Of a DNA stretch of 28,741 nt, positions 1 through 6,562 are shown piece by piece. The DNA lies in the IMG/VR virus record IMGVR_UViG_3300032320_000884, positions 1-28,741 of that record. One strand, 5' to 3'. The notes beneath the pieces were generated by a model. It did no database searches and was not told where the DNA came from. It was given only the letters and a program-made list of their open reading frames with translations. This DNA is from a virus. Taxonomy: Duplodnaviria > Caudoviricetes. Both the position numbers and the translations under genes were made by a program. Each line of letters opens with the position of its first letter. Position 1 is the first letter of the stretch.

Positions 1-1
1 C

Positions 2-1162
2 CACCAAGGTACACATCTCAAAGCTTTCGAGGCTCTGCTCTGCACAAGGGTTGTAGCCTACTACGCGTCTATCTTTATTATTAGGCGCATCTACAAGACG
101 TCCATACTTACGAGAGACGTCCATCCATACAACGCCGGGTTCTCCGTTGCGTACAATCCCATCAACAATAGGGCCAAAGTCGGTCCCAACACAAACATCC
201 ACAGAGTTGTTAGACATCCATGCCCAGCCTGGATTCTCAGGGTCATATGAATTACGGTCTGGAAAACGCTCTGCATTCTTCAGGTTCAGGAAATCCTCAT
301 CATCAATACGACCGATTAACAGCTCAGCTGAACGACGAACGTTACCTGAAACGACACACACGCCAATCATATTACCGATATCTGCAATATCAACGCGTGT
401 CAACTTCTCGCCCTTACGGCCTTCAAACATCTTCTTAATGTTTGCGTGCAACTTAACCAACGGCTCCGGACCTGACGCGGTTCCTCCAAATGTCTTAATA
501 ACTGTTCCATATGGCCTAATATCATCATAATTAAATTCATATGCTGGCTGGTCTGGCTTCAAATATGAATTAATCAGTGCTGTTGTTGATTCTGCCCAGC
601 CTTCACGAGTATCCGGAATCACATACTCCTGAACCGTTCCTGGCTCGTATATATCAAATCCTTTATCAGCGCCCTTATCATCAAATCCGACACCCACACC
701 CAACATTGACGCTTCCATTAGGAATGCGAATGGCTTACCTGGATTGTTCTTGGTCATCTCATTGGTACTGACGAATGCGCAATTCTGCAACGCTGCTGAA
801 TTCTTCTGCTCATTTACGATATCGGTACCCATTACCCACAATCCGCGGCCCGGTGGTGTCCACTTTAGATTATATAAACGGTCATACGCTTCTTTTGCTG
901 ACGCTGCAGCTTTGGCGTCGCTCCATGGCAAACGGTTTTGCTTTGCGTGGTCCTTCTGCAATGAATACATACCGTTGATTACACGTTCACATACTTCTGC
1001 CCAAGTTTCCTTGGTTCCGTCTTCTTTCAAACGACTATATGTACGTAGGAATGTAATCTCTCCTACTGAATTGCCCGCTACATCCGCGTAGCCAAATGGC
1101 GCTTTCTTGTTCTTGTACCCCGCTACGAACTCTTCTGCTAATTTAAATGAAAAATTTGTCAT
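2..1162 (-). CDS. nrdJ: Class II adenosylcobalamin-dependent ribonucleotide reductase, monomeric RTPR type (3' end beyond window)
   Basis: Not in the ORF track. Manual translation from ATG at 1162: MTNFSFKLAEEFV...FLRTYSRLKEDGTKETW...WTPPGRGLW...QNCAF...GVGVGFD...IPDTREGW...FGGTASGPEPL...GNVRRSAE...SNNSV...NGEPG...GYNPCAEQSLESFEMCTLV. It is open to the window edge and has the catalytic NPCxEQ motif and both redox Cys positions. Confidence 0.96.
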   Translation of the reverse strand, partial: MTNFSFKLAEEFVAGYKNKKAPFGYADVAGNSVGEITFLRTYSRLKEDGTKETWAEVCERVINGMYSLQKDHAKQNRLPWSDAKAAASAKEAYDRLYNLKWTPPGRGLWVMGTDIVNEQKNSAALQNCAFVSTNEMTKNNPGKPFAFLMEASMLGVGVGFDDKGADKGFDIYEPGTVQEYVIPDTREGWAESTTALINSYLKPDQPAYEFNYDDIRPYGTVIKTFGGTASGPEPLVKLHANIKKMFEGRKGEKLTRVDIADIGNMIGVCVVSGNVRRSAELLIGRIDDEDFLNLKNAERFPDRNSYDPENPGWAWMSNNSVDVCVGTDFGPIVDGIVRNGEPGVVWMDVSRKYGRLVDAPNNKDRRVVGYNPCAEQSLESFEMCTLV

Positions 1163-1204
1163 ATATATTTCCTGTATCTTCTTTATTGGATAACTAGTAT
1201 CTCA

Positions 1205-1221
1205 GGTATTACTCTAATACC
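1205..1221. promoter_or_regulatory. 7-3-7 inverted repeat over the -10 element (candidate operator)
   Basis: ggtatta-ctc-taatacc, perfect 7 bp arms overlapping the predicted -10. Confidence 0.4.
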
Positions 1222-1240
1222 CTTCTACTAACTTTGTCAA
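1211..1240 (-). promoter_or_regulatory. Housekeeping sigma (SigA/HrdB-type) promoter for nrdJ
   Basis: Minus strand reads TTGACA (1240-1235), 18 bp spacer, TAGAGT (1216-1211), about 50 bp upstream of the nrdJ ATG. TAGRRT is the classic actinobacterial -10. Confidence 0.75.
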
Positions 1241-1275
1241 ATATCTGGGTCCATCACGATTCACATATAATCGGG

Positions 1276-1946
1276 CACTGTTATCAGATATAACTATTCT
1301 AAAGAATCCTTGATAATCATCGTTGTTTGCTCCTCAGAATACAACGGTTGATTACTATTTAGGTTGCCTGCTTTTGGACCAAACAACTGCGATAGCACCC
1401 CTCCCTCGGAGGTTCTGCTGGCTGTTATTTGAATGAACTCTTTATTAGTTTCCATATCCTTTACGGTCTTGACTAACTTCATCAAACGGTCCATTTCCTG
1501 GGACGTGTTTGGGTCTGCGTATCCACCGTTCAATTCCTCTGCCATCCGCATAAATGCTACTCTCTGGCCCTGCATTTCAATAATTGCGGTCAACAATCCC
1601 TTCAATTGTTCCTTTGTTTTTACCTCTATTGGTAGGTTATATGCACAGGTATTATCTGGCTTAAACGCTGGACAATTGGCGGCCACGAAACAGGTATTAC
1701 ACTGTCTTAAACTTGTCATATTTGACTGAACTACTGGTACTTCTACTAGTACGTCTCGACCATCAATATTGTCTATTACGGTCTTTAATTCATACCCCAA
1801 ACCGGGCATTAATTCCATCTCATTTGGGTCTCTTTGAACTACTTCTGCACGTTCAACTTTCCGCATTTCACTACCACTGTTATTAGAAGGTACCCCCCCA
1901 ATTTCCATCAAACCAGTGTATAGGGTGTCATCACTGTTATCAGATA
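1276..1946. repeat. Direct repeats cactgttatcagata (1276-1290, 1932-1946) plus near copy cactgttattaga (1875-1887)
   Basis: Two exact 15-mers, one intergenic just after the stop of the 488 aa gene and one in its inter-domain linker. The third copy matches 12 of 13 bases. Confidence 0.85.
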
Positions 1947-2760
1947 CTTTGTTGTTTTTATTATTATTCATTGTCTTCTCTAACTGTAAAAATGACCAAA
2001 CGGCTACTTTAGTTGCTTCCAGAGTATCGTCTTCTACGAACTTTTTGAAATCTAATCCAGCTTTTTCCACTACCATTTTGTATCTCGGCCTGGCTTGAGC
2101 CTTCATCCGTTTTGGGTATCGTACCAACTTATTGGAATCCCATATAATGGTCTCCCCACGTCTCATTGGAGAAATCCAGGACAGTGTACTCGCTGTTGTA
2201 AATGGAATCTGACGTAGATTATCTGGCTTTGCTGTCGCCAACGCATGGAATTGTACTGAATTGTGTGCCGTAATGTTCCTTACAACGGCTGCCAGAGACG
2301 TCACAGAATCGATTATATCGCCCGGTATGGCGATATTATTGTATTGTTGACCCCAGACCTGTAATACTGGAATACCGTACGCCTCGTGCCATACAACCCA
2401 CAATTTAGGGTCATTCTGAAACGCTGCACGCTGCTGGTTTACCCATGATAACCCCAGCACCTGCGAATCAAACTCAACCCATCCTTCAATACGGTCATAA
2501 TTTAACGCAATAAACTCTTCATAATCCGCCGCGTATTCCTCCAGCTCTTGCCTGGACAGGTTTGCTTTGTCTGCTTGGATTGCTCCTGAATCCACCCATA
2601 CTTTCATATTAGGTAAAAAATGCTCCCCAATTAGATATGGCTTAGTCTTTGGCAATCCGCGCTTCCTCAATCCCCAGTAACTCAGCATCACGTTTTGTAC
2701 GCCAGCTTTTTCCAGGAGGGTTCTATTGGAAGGAATCTCCACACCACTAAATATAATCAT
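1294..2760 (-). CDS. tRNA-guanine transglycosylase (TGT/DpdA)-like protein fused to a C-terminal Cys-rich/helical domain
   Basis: N-terminal ~260 aa has TGT-like motifs in order: MLSYW, WVDSGA, VEFD, VWH, FHALA, PFTTASTLSW (family pattern PFdSvDStSW). An Asn-rich linker follows, then CNTCFVAANCPAFKPDNTC and long helices. Confidence 0.65.
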   Translation of the reverse strand: MIIFSGVEIPSNRTLLEKAGVQNVMLSYWGLRKRGLPKTKPYLIGEHFLPNMKVWVDSGAIQADKANLSRQELEEYAADYEEFIALNYDRIEGWVEFDSQVLGLSWVNQQRAAFQNDPKLWVVWHEAYGIPVLQVWGQQYNNIAIPGDIIDSVTSLAAVVRNITAHNSVQFHALATAKPDNLRQIPFTTASTLSWISPMRRGETIIWDSNKLVRYPKRMKAQARPRYKMVVEKAGLDFKKFVEDDTLEATKVAVWSFLQLEKTMNNNKNNKVSDNSDDTLYTGLMEIGGVPSNNSGSEMRKVERAEVVQRDPNEMELMPGLGYELKTVIDNIDGRDVLVEVPVVQSNMTSLRQCNTCFVAANCPAFKPDNTCAYNLPIEVKTKEQLKGLLTAIIEMQGQRVAFMRMAEELNGGYADPNTSQEMDRLMKLVKTVKDMETNKEFIQITASRTSEGGVLSQLFGPKAGNLNSNQPLYSEEQTTMIIKDSLE

Positions 2761-3245
2761 TCGAATCTAACGCCTTCGCTGCGGTTTAACCGGGCATCCT
2801 TTGTGCGCAGTTCATTCTGCTTCTTTACGGCTTCTTCAATATCGTTCCATGCCCTGACCTTTTTAGGTGCGTCTGGCCTGAACTCTGGTCGAGTATAACT
2901 TGGTACCCCAAATAGGACTGACGGAATGCCCAAATCAAATGAAATTGCCCACAATTTAGGGTTTGCTGTAATAAATAGTTCTACTGAACCATTGGCTCTT
3001 GCCATCTTCAGCTGACGCTGTTTCAGGTCTTCATCAACTAGCCCAATTGATGAGTCGATGAGGTTATCGTAATCAAATATCTTATTGATATTAACCCACT
3101 GCTCGGCCTCAGCCTTGTTCATCTCAGTGATAAATGTAATCTTATTCCAGGAGCTAAGGGCTCCCACCATCTGGATTCCGGGGAGGATTGGTTCGTCGTG
3201 CTTATGTCCTCTTAATACACCATCTAATTCAACAACTATATGCAT
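2757..3245 (-). CDS. HAD-superfamily-like protein (Pnkp 3'-phosphatase-like layout), degenerate active site
   Basis: Start corrected to ATG 3245 (TGATG overlap with upstream peptide). IVVELDGVL corresponds to motif I DxDG with Asp replaced by Glu; ITFIT is motif II; the motif IV DD position reads FITAN. Confidence 0.55.
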   Translation of the reverse strand: MHIVVELDGVLRGHKHDEPILPGIQMVGALSSWNKITFITEMNKAEAEQWVNINKIFDYDNLIDSSIGLVDEDLKQRQLKMARANGSVELFITANPKLWAISFDLGIPSVLFGVPSYTRPEFRPDAPKKVRAWNDIEEAVKKQNELRTKDARLNRSEGVRFE

Positions 3246-3355
3246 CAGTTTTCCTCGTAATTTTCTCCATAACAATCACACTTGCACTGGTCTTCTACAC
3301 ACACTCCTGCGTATAGTTCGTGGTCACACAAACGACAAGTATCTATTAATGACAT
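3245..3355 (-). CDS. 36 aa Cys-rich metal-binding peptide
   Basis: MSLIDTCRLCDHELYAGVCVEDQCKCDCYGENYEEN. Fills the gap exactly, with TAATG overlap upstream and TGATG overlap downstream. Confidence 0.75.
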   Translation of the reverse strand: MSLIDTCRLCDHELYAGVCVEDQCKCDCYGENYEEN

Positions 3356-4242
3356 TACTTAATCCTATATATTGCAGCTCTACGAATCAGCGTATCTGCA
3401 TCCGGCAATTCTACGCCGTATGACGCCCTGGCACCTGTTCTGCTATTGTCAATCAAATACTTTTTCATTGACTTCAGCTTCTGAACAGTCCCATTACGCT
3501 TACCTGCTTGCCAACGATAATTGTGGAAATCAGAGTATCCTTCGCCAACATCTGAGAATGCTTGGCTTCTATTATTATGAATCTCGTCAAACAATGCGCC
3601 ACCCTGAGCTGCTGCGCTGTCTAATCTAACTTCAGCGTTTCGTCTTGCTGGCATCGCGGTTGCCCATCTCAAATCTTGGAGGGCTGTCTCAAATCTTGTA
3701 TTGATATTGTTGGTCTTGGTTTCATCTATGCCTGCAACCTCATCCCATTCCGGAACTGACGGAGGTGCTGCGTTAGGGTCTGGTACAACTGACCACTCAT
3801 CGTACAATAAATCATATGCTGCGTATGGCTTGATGGTTTTAATATCATCGGTTGCTAGCGCATAAAATGTTAGCTCATAACCATTCCAGTTTTCTGTTTT
3901 CTTCTGGAGGCTATCGTGAAACTCTTCGTTTAACTGGTCGCTAATCTCTTTATTAGTTAGGCCGCTGAACTCTGGATTGGCCTTCTTAAATCTAATAAAA
4001 TCAATACCAATCAAACAATCTAAATCGCCTGGTTCTCGTGCTGCCTGCCATTGGTAAGAAACCCCTGACCCTGCTAACCAAGGATGGGCCCACATCTCGC
4101 TGTGACGGTAACTCTCATTTAAGAAATCTTTAATGAGTGACATAATACCATTACGAATGGATGCTTTTAGGACCCTTCCCTGGAATAGCTTTGGGTCAAG
4201 GGTATCTGCAGGTTTACTGAAATACGAGGTGGCGTTAGTCAT
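3355..4242 (-). CDS. DNA polymerase beta-superfamily nucleotidyltransferase
   Basis: hGS...DhD signature (WLAGSGVSYQW...PGDLDCLIGID), likely third acidic residue in YELTFY, helical C-terminus. Confidence 0.8.
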   Translation of the reverse strand: MTNATSYFSKPADTLDPKLFQGRVLKASIRNGIMSLIKDFLNESYRHSEMWAHPWLAGSGVSYQWQAAREPGDLDCLIGIDFIRFKKANPEFSGLTNKEISDQLNEEFHDSLQKKTENWNGYELTFYALATDDIKTIKPYAAYDLLYDEWSVVPDPNAAPPSVPEWDEVAGIDETKTNNINTRFETALQDLRWATAMPARRNAEVRLDSAAAQGGALFDEIHNNRSQAFSDVGEGYSDFHNYRWQAGKRNGTVQKLKSMKKYLIDNSRTGARASYGVELPDADTLIRRAAIYRIK

Positions 4243-4251
4243 ACACCTAGT

Positions 4252-4536
4252 TTATTCGGTTGGCTCGGTGCTTTCTGCCTGAATGCCACGTTCTGCTAAC
4301 TTTTCTTTGATTACATCTGGTACGCTCTGAACCTGTGGGTTTAGTGCTTCAACAATACGACTGACTAGCAACTGCTGTTCAATCTCCTTTGTAATCTGCT
4401 GAGAAATACCAAATACATCGCCTGTGTTAGCGATACGGTTTGCTTCTACTGGTGCGGTTAGGTCTTCTAGCTTTACTGCGAATGTTCCATCAGTGTGGGC
4501 TAGGACCAAGAATGCTACATCTACTTGCTTTTCCAT
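4252..4536 (-). CDS. Hypothetical protein, 94 aa
   Basis: Start moved to ATG 4536 (MEKQVDVAF), preceded by AAGGAAAATAAC. Confidence 0.75.
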   Translation of the reverse strand: MEKQVDVAFLVLAHTDGTFAVKLEDLTAPVEANRIANTGDVFGISQQITKEIEQQLLVSRIVEALNPQVQSVPDVIKEKLAERGIQAESTEPTE

Positions 4537-4549
4537 GTTATTTTCCTTA

Positions 4550-5104
4550 TTAATATAGGCCAAGAATTTGGCGTTTACGTTCTAACACTTTACCATGGTA
4601 CGGACAGAAATGGCAAGTGTAGACTTGTGGGCCTTCCAGGTGCTCTGGCTTAGGCATACCTAGTTCCTTACGTTCTACTGCTGTATCCGGCAGCAAACGC
4701 TTCTTAGGTGATTCATAATCTTCACAGTTGGTTGTGACTTTATTATGTGCAATCCAGCATGTCATTGCCTCATCAGCAAATGTCATCTTGGTTTCATAAA
4801 ATGTTTTGTTAGGGTCTAGCTCATCTAGACCTTTTGAACCACCCTGAGCTAACTGGTCAAGGACGGCTTTCTTCTGTTCTGGATTAATCCATGTCTTTAC
4901 TGGAACCTTGAACAGTTTACCTACGTGTGGCTCACCAGATGGAAACTTGTGCTTTTCTAGTGAAATCTCTAGTAGGTAATCAAAATTAGACGGGCCTTCA
5001 TAGTCTGGCAGCTCTTCCCATGACTCACATACTAAACAACGTAGTAGGCGGATTACAGGACCTTCTACTGGCTTAGAACCGATTGTTGGTTTAAATTCTT
5101 GCAT
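4550..5104 (-). CDS. Hypothetical Zn-binding protein
   Basis: AAGGAG RBS; CLVC...H...H, CWIAH...C and CHFC motifs. Confidence 0.75.
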   Translation of the reverse strand: MQEFKPTIGSKPVEGPVIRLLRCLVCESWEELPDYEGPSNFDYLLEISLEKHKFPSGEPHVGKLFKVPVKTWINPEQKKAVLDQLAQGGSKGLDELDPNKTFYETKMTFADEAMTCWIAHNKVTTNCEDYESPKKRLLPDTAVERKELGMPKPEHLEGPQVYTCHFCPYHGKVLERKRQILGLY

Positions 5105-5131
5105 AATACTCCTTATATACCCATCATAGTA

Positions 5132-5159
5132 TAAACCCCTCCCAAATGGAAGGGGTTTA
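5132..5159 (-). terminator. Intergenic stem-loop, probable intrinsic terminator
   Basis: Minus-strand RNA UAAACCCCUUCC-AUUU-GGGAGGGGUUUA, 12 bp stem with one G-U pair, right after the 181 aa gene. The U tract is short. Confidence 0.65.
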
Positions 5160-5169
5160 ACTTATTAAA

Positions 5170-5715
5170 TTATCTAAGTTTTGATTTGACGGTATTGCTT
5201 ATTTTGTCATTTCTAGAATTTACTTTATCCACTTTTTTAATAGCTTTTGTTGCTTGCTTAGTGCCTTTTTTAACGGCTCTTTTAATTGCTCCAGTACTTA
5301 GCTTTGCAGCAACAGCTTTCTTTTCCGCAATCTGTTTTGCACCACTAACTTGTTTATACTTGGATTGGTGTGCCTCGGAGGGGGTTACAGTCCTTGTAGT
5401 AGACCAGGTGAAGTTAGTGTTCTTGGCTGGGGTGGCAATAGTGTCGCCCTCATTGTGACCAACTGTACGACTGATTTTTTTTGCTCTTGATTCATCTCTG
5501 CCATAATTGCCAAATATAATATCATTAGGTGATTTTCCAACTTTGTCACCAGCAATCTGGTCTAGACGTTTGTTAGTAGTTTTTACCAGTGTATCTTTTT
5601 TAGCTGCTTGGGCAATAGATGACTTTGCTACTTTTTTAAGTGCACGTGGGTTGCCTGCTTTTGCGGCCTTTACAATTTTACGTGCTTTTGCTGCTGTTCT
5701 TTTAGGTAGAGGCAC
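5170..5715 (-). CDS. Lys/Ala-rich basic protein (histone H1-like composition)
   Basis: GTG start; both ends dense in K/A/R (AAKARKIVKAAK, AVKKGTKQATKAIKK). Confidence 0.75.
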   Translation of the reverse strand: MPLPKRTAAKARKIVKAAKAGNPRALKKVAKSSIAQAAKKDTLVKTTNKRLDQIAGDKVGKSPNDIIFGNYGRDESRAKKISRTVGHNEGDTIATPAKNTNFTWSTTRTVTPSEAHQSKYKQVSGAKQIAEKKAVAAKLSTGAIKRAVKKGTKQATKAIKKVDKVNSRNDKISNTVKSKLR

Positions 5716-5717
5716 GG

Positions 5718-5891
5718 TTATTTTCCTGTCTTCTTAGAGAACATTGACGGTGCGCCATTCTTGACGGCCATCTTGTCTGACTTCTTTACTGCCTTTAGAC
5801 CTGCATTAAGGGCCTTCTTCTCAGTCTTTACAGTATTCTTTAGTGCCTTTACTATTGGCTTGTTTGCGCTTGCTCTTTTTGCAATTGGCAT
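5718..5891 (-). CDS. 57 aa Lys-rich basic protein
   Basis: Not in the track: MPIAKRASANKPIVKALKNTVKTEKKALNAGLKAVKKSDKMAVKNGAPSMFSKKTGK, preceded by AAGGTAAAA; fills the gap. Confidence 0.75.
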   Translation of the reverse strand: MPIAKRASANKPIVKALKNTVKTEKKALNAGLKAVKKSDKMAVKNGAPSMFSKKTGK

Positions 5892-5898
5892 TTTTACC

Positions 5899-6111
5899 TT
5901 ACTTTCCTGGGTTTACTTTTTGCTCGTCTGGATACTCTGATGTAATAAACCCGTATCCATAGAATGGGTGTAGACTCTGACGGTTGTCCATAGTCTTTTC
6001 ATTGCCCATTGTATCACCAATCTCGGTGTCAGGGCGAACTTTACGATACTTACCGTCTGTAGTACCTTCGGTAAGGCTTACGTTCATTGAACGGCTGCTG
6101 TTTACTGCCAT
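5899..6111 (-). CDS. Hypothetical protein, 70 aa
   Basis: Tightly packed ORF with AAGGAAA upstream. Confidence 0.75.
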   Translation of the reverse strand: MAVNSSRSMNVSLTEGTTDGKYRKVRPDTEIGDTMGNEKTMDNRQSLHPFYGYGFITSEYPDEQKVNPGK

Positions 6112-6113
6112 GT

Positions 6114-6554
6114 TTAGTTTCCTTTATTAGCTTCTTGAACAAAGTTATCTAAGTGCTCTTGAGGAACTCCTAGTTTTGTGTCCATTACATCTGAGTATAC
6201 TCCAGGGAAGTCCTGTGATGCATTCTCAAGTTTGGTATGAACGTCTTTTCCTAATTTAAATATAGCATGTCCTACACCGGTTATTGCATCAATTCCAGGC
6301 TTTAGATGACCTAAAACTTCAGATAATTGGGCCTTGTTTTTGTGCAATTCTAGGGCAGTGTTTACTTTTGATACACCATCCGCTGCTTGGTCTAGAATTT
6401 CTTTAGGAACTGGGCGTGCTATTTCTGCTGCTCTACTAATATTGTTTGCAATATTAGACAGGTTAGTTAGATATGTCATAGAAGGCTTAGGACCGTACTG
6501 ATTCCTAAACCTAGATAGCATCTGTTTGCTAACGTTTTCTTCAGGCATTTCCAT
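6114..6554 (-). CDS. Hypothetical helical protein
   Basis: 146 aa ORF packed between neighbours; amphipathic helices, no Cys. Confidence 0.75.
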   Translation of the reverse strand: MEMPEENVSKQMLSRFRNQYGPKPSMTYLTNLSNIANNISRAAEIARPVPKEILDQAADGVSKVNTALELHKNKAQLSEVLGHLKPGIDAITGVGHAIFKLGKDVHTKLENASQDFPGVYSDVMDTKLGVPQEHLDNFVQEANKGN

Positions 6555-6562
6555 TAGATATT

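Noticed and set aside
91-1091. Six short track ORFs (five plus strand, one minus strand)
   Set aside because: They are shadow frames of the minus-strand nrdJ gene, which has clear motifs.
1236-1251. Possible NrdR box upstream of nrdJ (gacccagatatttgac)
   Set aside because: Only a partial match to acaCwAtATaTwGtg, missing the conserved G, with no convincing second box.
3355-4242. Nucleotidyltransferase as a CBASS CD-NTase
   Set aside because: No recognisable Cap effector (patatin, TIR, SAVED, transmembrane) or E1/E2/JAB genes nearby; only the generic GS/DxD motif is visible.
5123-5151. Promoter for the NTase unit (TATGAT -10)
   Set aside because: No credible -35 at 17-18 bp spacing; not supportable from sequence alone.
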